Part shown: positions 18,093-25,671 of the stretch, one piece after another
How the letters are laid out: every line of letters starts with the position of its first letter
Numbering within the stretch: position 1 is the stretch's first letter
Assembly: GCA_964619725.1 (NCBI GenBank)
Contig: CAZUFC010000112.1
Coordinates: forward strand, 1-25,671
Length of the DNA: 25,671 nt
DNA from: an uncultured bacterium
GTDB taxonomy: Bacteria > CSSED10-310 > CAZUFC01
Direction of reading: 5' to 3'
Translations under genes and position numbers: made by a program
The notes under the pieces: generated by a model
Seen by the model: only the letters and a program-made list of their open reading frames with translations
Database searches by the model: none
What the model was told of the DNA's origin: nothing

Positions 18093-20318
18093 TTATACGG
18101 GTATTTCAGACGCCAGGGCTTTCTGCGCGGCCGTTTTCATGTCGCCTGCTCCGGCCAGGGTGACTTCAGAAGGCAATCTCAAAAGTATGGTTGGCGCAAC
18201 CACAACAGAAAAATCTCTAACTTTCTCAGTTCGCCAGTAACCCTTTTCACGGATCGATTTCTCGATGGCTTTTCTCAATTCATGACGTATATTTTTTTCC
18301 TCTTCCATAGTCGAGACAGTCCTTAATTTCATCTCAGAAACTTTAAGTTTCGCATATTCCTTGGCGAAAAGGAGCAGCTGGTACATAGATTGCTTTGACA
18401 ATACAAGAGACCAGTCGCTTGTTCGATTAGCCCTCCTGTATAGGGCTTCAGGTACCGCTGAACTTGATAGAAGCATGGCTTGACGGTGGCGCTGAAGCTT
18501 TATTTCTTCCTTATCCGTTTCTTTTTCGCCAGGTTTGTCTGTTCTGTTTTTTGTAATCAGAATATCTAAACCCGGATCATGAACAAATACAGATGGAACA
18601 TCCAGCTTCTTGGCCAGGTGTTTTGCTCTCAGATAAACACCTATATTGCGTTCTCCCGGTTTAGGCGATATCCAAATGCTATAGGGTGATCCGTATTCGC
18701 TTGTTATCTGGTAAAGGTCCTGTCTGTTGATGCCGATTCCCTTAAGTTTTCCTTTCTGAAAAATGGGTTGTAAATTATCCAGCGTTTTTCCGTCCAGGAA
18801 CTTTGAAATCTCAAAACGCGTGTTGGCGCCCGCATCAGCCAACGCTTTTAGTTGATTAGTCAACGCCTCCCGCAACAATGACGTCAGCTTTTCGTTGAAT
18901 ACAATTTTTCCCATTTGATCTATTCCTCCCAACATGGCCGATCTCATCTGCTCCGCAAACGGTTTCAGTTCATCGTAATTCACCAATTCGATCGATATGA
19001 TTTCTTCCGCTGCATCGTATTCGTATTCATGCTGAAAAAGGTAAAATATCGGCCAGAATTCGCTGTTCGACCATAAAGGATCGGATATACTGCTTTTATC
19101 CGTTTCAACATACCAGCATGATGCATCATTATCCCAATCAGGCGAATTCTGCTTATCGGACCATCTGTAGTTTTTATCCGCCTTCCAACAGACTCTGATC
19201 TTTTTCCAGGGCTTCGCAGGATCGACAAAAGGCTCCGGCTTTACAAAAATAACCCGGTCCGCAGAAAGACGGTCCTGCTCGATTACTTTATGCAAATTCA
19301 AACGAGGCCATAACCCGTTTTCAGACATCAAATTCATCACAAAACTCGCTCTTCGAGGATCGCCGCTTTTGCCGGATGCCTTTGCAGACTCTATGTGACC
19401 TCCTTCCTGGTTGAATATGAGTCTTTCGGCGCAATCAGGGAATATTGCAGCCTGTTTACTGCTGTGATAGGGAATGTGCACCAGCGTTTTAAATCCCATT
19501 TGCCTGTAAAGGTATGCCTGATTTCCCGCAGCGCCTCCCAATGTCTTGAATACCTTTATAAATTCACCGACATATCTTTTCAAGACGGTTTCCATTTGCT
19601 CACTTTTATTTCCGAATTTATCTTCTGAAAAAGAAGTTTCGGAAATTTGATTCTCAAATATGATGTGAAGCAAATCCTGCAGTTTCTTATCACCTATATG
19701 CGGGTTTAATCCTTCACGCCTCATCAAGCAGATTATACAGGCAAGCAGGTCTATTCCATCAAGAACGCTTTTGTCCAGAGGCTCCTCGTCACTGTTCAAA
19801 GATGCTGCCGCCCTTTTTTCAGCTTCCCGGTAAACATCCTCCGGCTTTAGTCCTTCCCACGCTGGAATAATCTCAACTAAAAAATTCATCACATCTTGAG
19901 TCAATCTTATGCTCAAATCTTCAACCGCTGAAAATCCGCAAAATCGGTACTTATCGTCGAGTTTGTAATTTATCGCTGCATACAGGTATCTGTGCCAATC
20001 TATTAGTTTTTTGGCGTCCTCCAGTTTTTCGGGAATTACTTGCTTCAGTTCCTCTATCCACCAGAATGACGATCTCAAAAGAGTTTCTAAATAATCAATA
20101 AATAAATCAGGAAGATCGTCAGGATTCAGCGCGCGCTTCAGGCATTCGTGAATTTCTTCGTTTATATTCGATTGGTCGATTTCGTGGAATAAAAGGAAAT
20201 TCTTAACCAACTCGTAACGCTTATTCAGCAATCCGCGCTCATTAACTTTCTTCTTAAATTTCTCATTCATATGCTCATTCGCTTCACATCCCTTTTCTTC
20301 TCTATATTTATTGACCAT
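18093..20318 (-). CDS. ADP-dependent glucokinase/phosphofructokinase-like protein (ribokinase superfamily), enlarged and divergent
   Basis: LGGAAGNQA (GG motif), GIGINRQDL (NxxE position), VVAPT..TLAGAGD (anion hole/catalytic Asp) near the C-terminus. Start moved to ATG 20318, which has a GGAGG RBS. Confidence 0.72.
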   Translation of the reverse strand: MVNKYREEKGCEANEHMNEKFKKKVNERGLLNKRYELVKNFLLFHEIDQSNINEEIHECLKRALNPDDLPDLFIDYLETLLRSSFWWIEELKQVIPEKLEDAKKLIDWHRYLYAAINYKLDDKYRFCGFSAVEDLSIRLTQDVMNFLVEIIPAWEGLKPEDVYREAEKRAAASLNSDEEPLDKSVLDGIDLLACIICLMRREGLNPHIGDKKLQDLLHIIFENQISETSFSEDKFGNKSEQMETVLKRYVGEFIKVFKTLGGAAGNQAYLYRQMGFKTLVHIPYHSSKQAAIFPDCAERLIFNQEGGHIESAKASGKSGDPRRASFVMNLMSENGLWPRLNLHKVIEQDRLSADRVIFVKPEPFVDPAKPWKKIRVCWKADKNYRWSDKQNSPDWDNDASCWYVETDKSSISDPLWSNSEFWPIFYLFQHEYEYDAAEEIISIELVNYDELKPFAEQMRSAMLGGIDQMGKIVFNEKLTSLLREALTNQLKALADAGANTRFEISKFLDGKTLDNLQPIFQKGKLKGIGINRQDLYQITSEYGSPYSIWISPKPGERNIGVYLRAKHLAKKLDVPSVFVHDPGLDILITKNRTDKPGEKETDKEEIKLQRHRQAMLLSSSAVPEALYRRANRTSDWSLVLSKQSMYQLLLFAKEYAKLKVSEMKLRTVSTMEEEKNIRHELRKAIEKSIREKGYWRTEKVRDFSVVVAPTILLRLPSEVTLAGAGDMKTAAQKALASEIPV

Positions 20319-20379
20319 CCCTTCCTCCCTGTGCCGGTTATAACTCAATAAAGCATCAATAGACGGTTTTTAAAAAAAA

Positions 20380-21111
20380 CTACTCCTCCGTCTCAAAAGG
20401 CTGAACAGCTCTCCTGGCCGAAATCCTTAAATTTTCCGAGGCCTCCTCATCTTTAATGATGCTCTTCAACGTATTCAGTATCTTCTTCGCATCCGCACTT
20501 AATCGCGACTTACGACCGCCTCTGGTTCGTACCGAACCGCGCGTCCGGATAACTCCGCCCGTCGGAATTGTCGACCTTGCCGACATATCGGCCAAATCAC
20601 CCAACGCCTCTATCGCTGAATATCTTATTCCCTCAGTGGGGCCGTTCTTTGCGTAATCCTGTAAAATTCCGACTGCCTTCGGTCCGCCTATCCTTCTTAA
20701 AGAATCTATTGCCGCTGATATTACATCTTCATCATAGGTCTCTAGCTGTCCTGCGCCCATTCTACTTTTTATATCCTCTAATGCCGTTCCTATAATCGAT
20801 ACAGACTTCTCATCGCCCCACTCTCCCAGAGCTGAAATCACTTCCTTCTTTACCTCCGGACCCCTCTTATCCAAAGCTTCCAATACCGTTTCCATCGCCT
20901 CTTCCTCCATGTCCGAAGGAAAACGGCTCCCCGCAGGCTGATTGATCGTTCCCCTCGTCCTTATCGAACCTCTTGTCCTTATGCCGTGATAACCTAATCG
21001 CGATGCAGCGCTTGCAGCCTTCTCATCCGTCTTGCTCCTTCTCAACCTTTCCAGCCACATTTTTATCTCATAACGGTCAACTTGTTCATTGGAATTATTT
21101 TGTGTTACCAT
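20380..21111 (-). CDS. HEAT-repeat protein with four [IV]RTRG motifs
   Basis: HEAT/PBS-lyase-like repeats EVKKEVISALGEWGD, VISAAIDSLRRIGGPKAV, IRYSAIEALGDL; IRTRGSIRTRG and IRTRGSVRTRG; AAGGAG RBS before ATG 21111. Confidence 0.88.
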   Translation of the reverse strand: MVTQNNSNEQVDRYEIKMWLERLRRSKTDEKAASAASRLGYHGIRTRGSIRTRGTINQPAGSRFPSDMEEEAMETVLEALDKRGPEVKKEVISALGEWGDEKSVSIIGTALEDIKSRMGAGQLETYDEDVISAAIDSLRRIGGPKAVGILQDYAKNGPTEGIRYSAIEALGDLADMSARSTIPTGGVIRTRGSVRTRGGRKSRLSADAKKILNTLKSIIKDEEASENLRISARRAVQPFETEE

Positions 21112-21324
21112 TAAATTTTCTCCTTTCCAGTTTTTCAAATTTAACTTAAGTCCTTTGACTTCGATCTGTCAACATTTTTTTGACCGGCGAAGCCCTATCG
21201 AATTCTTACATCAATTTGCTCAATCATTTAAAATGATTTTCACGTTAATCTCCTTTACGATGTTTTCGTTTTTACTCTTTTCAACGTCCTTCCTTTTCTT
21301 CGCCCGACGCCTCCCTTAAAGCGT

Positions 21325-21344
21325 TAAACATATAGACGTCTATA
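21325..21344. promoter_or_regulatory. Putative operator: perfect 14-bp palindrome TATAGACGTCTATA plus a shared 15-mer
   Basis: Palindrome 21331-21344 lies immediately downstream of the minus-strand -10 box. TAAACATATAGACGT (21325-21339) recurs with one mismatch at 23501-23515. Confidence 0.62.
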
Positions 21345-21372
21345 ATTATATCTCTTTTTGAGTGAATGTCAA
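21345..21372 (-). promoter_or_regulatory. Consensus sigma70 promoter for the HEAT - kinase (- CHAT) genes
   Basis: Minus strand TTGACA (21372-21367) - 16 bp - TATAAT (21350-21345); both hexamers are perfect. Confidence 0.72.
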
Positions 21373-21650
21373 GCAGAAAATCTTTTTTCCGCCGCAACGT
21401 CGAATCGTCGAACCGGTCCGCTTCCATGCGGGATAGGATTCAGTTTTGGAATTGCCGCCGTAATGAAATTTTTACGATTCGCTGCATCTGAAGTATTGAG
21501 GAGAAATTCCGGCATTGGACAGCGGGATTTTTCGATAAAGGCTTAAAAGGTGCGTAACATTGGGAGAAAAAGTGATTTACCAATTTATGCCGTTTGGAAA
21601 TACAAAAAAATGGAAATATGGAAATAATGAAAGAAAGGAGTGCGGAAATA

Positions 21651-23249
21651 ATGTTTAAAGTAATGGCCGGCATAGAGTCGGAATATGCGTTTGCGTCTGA
21701 AGGACATGCCGGGAAGGGGCATTCTAGAGAGAAGGCATTGAGTTCATTTTTTGAGGCAGCGCGGCGCAAATGGAAATATTTACCGGATATGGAAGGGAAG
21801 GGGATATTTCTGGGAAACGCATCTTATCTTTATCTGGATGCGGGATTGCACGTGGAGCTGTCCACGCCTGAGTGTCTGAATCCTTATGACGTCGTAAAGT
21901 ATAAGCTGGCGGGCGAAAGGATAATCGAACAAACGGCCGCCGAACTGATTAGGGCATATCCTGATATAAAGGAGGCGCTGTTTTTCAAATGCAATGTGGA
22001 TTACAACGAGGAGTCTGCGTCCACCTGGGGATGCCACGAATCTTACATGTACCGGACCGATTTCACGACCCTGAGCGCTCAGTTGCTCCCTCATCTTGTC
22101 AGCCGGATAATTTATACGGGCGCCGGCGGATGGCATCCTTTTTCGATGGGGGCTGAATTCCTGATTTCGCCGCGGGCGGCTCACCTGGACTACGTTCAGT
22201 CCAGCAACAGCACATCCAACCGCGGCATTATTCATCTGAAAAACGAGCCCTGGGCCAAAAAAGGTTATAAACGCCTTCATCTGATTTGCGGAGAAAGTTT
22301 ATGCTCGGAAACCGCGTCCTTTCTGAAAATCGGGACCACCATGCTGATCATAACCCTGATAGAGGCAGGATTCTATCCCGGCGATGCTGCAGGCCTCAGC
22401 AATCCCCTGGCCTCCCTCAATCTTTTCAACCGGGATACCGATTGCGACAAGCCCGTCCCCACACTCTCCGGCAATTATCTCACCGCAGTCCAGATTCAAC
22501 GGCTATACCTTCAGGCAGCGGAAAAAAATATCCATAAACCTTTCATGCCGGTCTGGGCCGAACATCTGTGCCGGAAATGGAGAGAAGTCCTCGACAAAAT
22601 TGAAAACAGGGATTTCGATTCACTCGCTTTGATGCTGGACTGGCCCATGAAACGGCAACTTTTCCGAAAATACATGAAAAAGAAAGGCTTGAACTGGTAC
22701 AAGGTCAGCCGACTTAATGAAATCGTGAAAAGATACGGCAATAACGAAACCGCAAAAAAACAAAAACAGAAAAATAATCCCCAAAGGCAAAAATTGAATT
22801 TCCTGAAAGACCTTCTCATTGCCGGCGCCAAAAATATCTCCATAAATAAATTGAATGAATTCCTCGCATTCAGAGCAGAACTCTTCGAAATAGACTGGCG
22901 GTTCAGTCAAATCGGCGAAAACAGCATCTTCGCCGCACTGGATCGCTCAGGCTCCCTGAAACACCATGTGACGGGTATCGACAACATCGAACGCGCCGTT
23001 AAAAATCCTCCGCTGCAGGGCAGAGCAAGAATACGAGGCAATTGCATCAAAGAATTCGCAAAACAAAACGACGGATTTCGATGCCATTGGGACAGAATAT
23101 TCGATTATAACCGGAACCGAATGATGGACCTCTCCGATCCATACGAATTCACCAGAAGATGGGGCACGATCAAACAAAACAGTTGCGACGAATCAAACCT
23201 CCTCGCCATCCAAAACCTGGCCGCCCGACTCAGACTAAACCGAAGATAA
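21651..23249 (+). CDS. pafA: Pup-protein ligase (PafA/PafA2) family protein
   Basis: GIESEY, FLGNASYLYLDAGLHVELSTPEC, FKCNVD, WGCHESY, LVSRIIYTGAG, ISPRA, NRGII..EP, KRLHLICGES, FLKIGTT, LDWPMK, PP..RARIRG, DLSDPY. The short spacer after GxExE (no Dop loop) and DxGxH favour a ligase over Dop. AAGGAG RBS before ATG 21651. The symbol denotes the family, not proven orthology. Confidence 0.88.
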   Translation: MFKVMAGIESEYAFASEGHAGKGHSREKALSSFFEAARRKWKYLPDMEGKGIFLGNASYLYLDAGLHVELSTPECLNPYDVVKYKLAGERIIEQTAAELIRAYPDIKEALFFKCNVDYNEESASTWGCHESYMYRTDFTTLSAQLLPHLVSRIIYTGAGGWHPFSMGAEFLISPRAAHLDYVQSSNSTSNRGIIHLKNEPWAKKGYKRLHLICGESLCSETASFLKIGTTMLIITLIEAGFYPGDAAGLSNPLASLNLFNRDTDCDKPVPTLSGNYLTAVQIQRLYLQAAEKNIHKPFMPVWAEHLCRKWREVLDKIENRDFDSLALMLDWPMKRQLFRKYMKKKGLNWYKVSRLNEIVKRYGNNETAKKQKQKNNPQRQKLNFLKDLLIAGAKNISINKLNEFLAFRAELFEIDWRFSQIGENSIFAALDRSGSLKHHVTGIDNIERAVKNPPLQGRARIRGNCIKEFAKQNDGFRCHWDRIFDYNRNRMMDLSDPYEFTRRWGTIKQNSCDESNLLAIQNLAARLRLNRR

Positions 23250-23469
23250 TCACAGCCTGAACGGATTCTTATGAAAACTACGACGGCGATCATCGAAGAT
23301 TATTATACCGGCGCAACCCTTCTGCCGTCATCTTGCGACGCATGCACGCGCCGCTGGACAGGGCTCTCCTGGTCAAACCGATACACGGTTCAATTCTCTG
23401 CCGATTGCTTCCCTCCCGCTTACCCCGCACGTTTCATGAAAAAAAATTCAAAAAAATTCGCTTTTACTG

Positions 23470-23498
23470 TTGCAATTCGCGAAAACCCCGGTTATAAT
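23470..23498 (+). promoter_or_regulatory. Sigma70 promoter upstream of the small ORF and sigma-factor gene
   Basis: TTGCAA (23470-23475) - 17 bp - TATAAT (23493-23498), with an A-tract UP-like region upstream. Confidence 0.7.
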
Positions 23499-23500
23499 AA

Positions 23501-23515
23501 TAAACGTATAGACGT
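23501..23515. promoter_or_regulatory. Putative operator over the predicted transcription start
   Basis: TAAACGTATAGACGT is 14/15 identical to 21325-21339; contains GTATAGAC and overlaps the dyad AACGT-N4-ACGTT. Confidence 0.55.
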
Positions 23516-23580
23516 TCAAACCTTTTGGGGACGTCCCGAGTGAAAAGAGATGCCCGTTATCGCAAATGAAAGGAAAACCG

Positions 23581-23847
23581 ATGAAAAAAAACAATAACCG
23601 GGAAAGCCTTGAAATTCGATACGCGGACAGCCATGGAACCGCAGCGGATACGGCGCTGAAGCCGGATGAGCGTGCCGCGGCGAGAGCAGATAATCCATTG
23701 GAAATCTCGAAATTTCATCCGGGCGCAACGGGGACCGCCTGTGCTGATGCTTGCGGAGGGAGGTTTCCGCAGGATGCGCAGGAGAGTAGAAGCGAAGAGG
23801 ATTTCAAAATTAAAATCATTGTTATTGTAAGGAGAGACAAAATATGA
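23581..23847 (+). CDS. Small hypothetical protein (88 aa), possibly translationally coupled to the sigma factor
   Basis: AAAGGA RBS, downstream of a good promoter, ATGA overlap with 23844; no recognisable domain. Confidence 0.35.
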   Translation: MKKNNNRESLEIRYADSHGTAADTALKPDERAAARADNPLEISKFHPGATGTACADACGGRFPQDAQESRSEEDFKIKIIVIVRRDKI

Positions 23848-25355
23848 GCTGCGTTGAAATATCGAGAAGTTGGAAATGCGCCGGTTTTGAGGAGCGGGAA
23901 ACAGGCCGTTACGCAGATATTGCCGTGCCGTCCAGGCCTGAGAATTTGCTTTGCAAGTCGGCCAAACCGCCGGAGAATATTTTGTTAAATACCGTGAAGC
24001 CGGCCGGGAGGCCCGGATCGGCATCGGAGTTTATCGAAAGGTGCGGGGACGGGAGCGAGGGGATTTGCGAGGACAAGGCAGGGAAAATAATAGAGGAAAA
24101 GATGAGAGAAAGATGGGGAAGATCAGCGCCGGATATTGTGGAAGAGTCGTTGAAAAGGTTATTGCCTTATGTGAATTCAGCTTTCAAGGAGACCAGCGTG
24201 ATAACCGGGAAAGGCAAGAATAACTTTCTGCTGAATGAGCAGACGAAAGCGATCGTATGTGCGTGCTGGAACGAGAGTCATGGCGCAGATTATGTGAAAA
24301 TGTTGCTGAATGACCTGGCGAGGCTTAATAAGACCATTGTAGACACGACGGAACTGGAGGACTTTTATTCCCGGCCGGAACGTATAATCGATTCATACGT
24401 AAGATGGGGCGAGCAGGTTGAGCTCATCCGCCGGCGTGATCCGCCGTCGCAGTTCATCAAATCGATCATAGCGCCGTTCGTCAGTAAGAACGAAAAAAAA
24501 TGGCAGAAGGACTGGGATGAAGGGGGAATGACGAAGGCTGACTTCATAAGAACGGCAGTCGGCTGGATATGCGGAAGGATCAATGAATATCGATATGAGA
24601 TCGATTTCAGATACTGGGCGGAGGCTGTCGTCAAAGATTGCATAAAGCAGTTGAAAAACTGCAGGAAATGTCAGGAGCTGGTGGATTCCATAGCGAACAG
24701 GAGTTTGAGCTGCAAAGACCGGCTGCGGATAGAGAAAAACATCAGGAACTGGTGCAGGTCAAGGGGTTGGACAGACATTCTGAAAAAAGAGGGAATGGAG
24801 GAGACAGATTTCATCAACACGTTATGGGAGAGATTATTTGAAAAAATACACACGTTTAAATATCGCAGCAACCTGGATTCATGGATATACTCCATAGCAT
24901 CGAATTACGTGAGGGGTTTGCTGCGCGGCAAAAAAACGAAGCCCAAAATACTGACGCGAACCAAACCGAATCCGCATGAAGAGACCGAAAAAATGATAAT
25001 TAATGAAATCGAAGACACGTCAAGCCTGTCCGCAGATCGAATGACCGAGCTACAGGAGATTTTCCGCAGAGTCAAAGAAAGAACCGAAGATTCAAAGGCA
25101 AGAAACAGGAAGGAACAGGAAAAAATAGAGGTATTGCTGAAAAGGTTCGTGGAAGGCAAAAAATACAAGGAAATCCAGAAGGAAACCGGGGTCCCCAAAG
25201 GCACAGTAGCGACCTGGATTAAACGGGCCAAAGACCGCTTCAAAGAAAACGAACGAATAAAAGACGGATCACTAATCGAATACCTCAAGATAATTTATGA
25301 AGATTACATCCTTCCCCTATACCTGGAAACATGCCCGGAAGAAAACGGCCGCTGA
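23844..25355 (+). CDS. ECF-like sigma70-family factor with a long N-terminal extension and tandem sigma2-like domains
   Basis: Region 2: DFINTLWERLFEKIHTFKYRSNLDSWIYSIASNYVRGLLR. Region 4 HTH: EVLLKRFVEGKKYKEIQKETGVPKGTVATWIKRAKDRF. TAAGGAG RBS. Confidence 0.85.
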   Translation: MSCVEISRSWKCAGFEERETGRYADIAVPSRPENLLCKSAKPPENILLNTVKPAGRPGSASEFIERCGDGSEGICEDKAGKIIEEKMRERWGRSAPDIVEESLKRLLPYVNSAFKETSVITGKGKNNFLLNEQTKAIVCACWNESHGADYVKMLLNDLARLNKTIVDTTELEDFYSRPERIIDSYVRWGEQVELIRRRDPPSQFIKSIIAPFVSKNEKKWQKDWDEGGMTKADFIRTAVGWICGRINEYRYEIDFRYWAEAVVKDCIKQLKNCRKCQELVDSIANRSLSCKDRLRIEKNIRNWCRSRGWTDILKKEGMEETDFINTLWERLFEKIHTFKYRSNLDSWIYSIASNYVRGLLRGKKTKPKILTRTKPNPHEETEKMIINEIEDTSSLSADRMTELQEIFRRVKERTEDSKARNRKEQEKIEVLLKRFVEGKKYKEIQKETGVPKGTVATWIKRAKDRFKENERIKDGSLIEYLKIIYEDYILPLYLETCPEENGR

Positions 25356-25671
25356 TTTTTTTGACATAATGGGAACTGTCTAATTAGTTACAATCGCTTG
25401 ACATTAATTAATATTTCTGATTTTATTTGAATGCGATACGATTGGAGAATGCGAAATGTCTAAAAATCAGAAATTTCTTCTTGAAGAAGACGGATTAAAA
25501 AAGTTACGTCCATTTGGCTTTAAAGCTGGTATAATCAATGTTAACAGACAATCGTAGCTGTAACGGAAGATATAAGAATAAATGAATAAAGGAAGTTGAA
25601 GGATTTGGAAATGTTCAAATTCACATCTCCTGACATTCGCTAATAAAAAATTGTGAAATGTTTGACGAAAA

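Noticed and set aside
23271-23847. Small ORFs after pafA as candidate Pup/UBact modifiers
   Set aside because: They end in WGRPE and RRDKI rather than GG[EQ]/SG[EQ]. The first runs through the promoter at 23470-23498 and lacks Pup-like acidic coiled-coil composition.
24906-24929. YVRGLLRG in the sigma factor as additional R|G cleavage sites
   Set aside because: It falls in the normal end helix of sigma region 2 and lacks the RTRG context; chance cannot be excluded.
25456-25557. 33-aa ORF (MSKNQKFLLEEDG...) with a GGAG RBS and nearby TTGACA hexamers
   Set aside because: Too short, no motif, and lies in AT-rich DNA at the window edge; cannot be supported from sequence alone.

Overview
Bacterial window (diderm-type signal peptides and lipoboxes; no rRNA, tRNA, CRISPR array or mobile element seen) with two abutting modules. 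Left (0.5-16.5 kb) looks like a non-Sus beta-1,3-glucan utilisation cluster: a GH81 endo-beta-1,3-glucanase, a 1154-aa secreted protein with four Cys-rich CBM-like domains, a clan GH-A hydrolase, two CBM-like lipoproteins, a putative outer-membrane beta-barrel and a CBM-like + (alpha/alpha)6 lipoprotein. No conventional regulator or ABC permease is present. Instead there is a signal peptide - sugar solute-binding domain - single TM helix - cytoplasmic CHAT (caspase-like, clan CD) protease fusion with an intact His/Cys dyad. Right (16.5-25.4 kb) encodes a second, degenerate-looking CHAT protein, an enlarged ADP-dependent sugar-kinase-like protein, a HEAT-repeat protein with four [IV]RTRG motifs, an orphan PafA-type Pup ligase and an ECF-like sigma factor with a duplicated sigma2 domain; two of its promoters share an operator-like 15-mer. 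Best candidate for a new system (inference, not demonstrated): a sugar/beta-glucan-sensing membrane CHAT protease receptor linked to a proteolytic cascade (RTRG substrate, pseudo-CHAT, PafA-like tagging, sigma output). All family calls come from motif recognition by eye; no searches were run.
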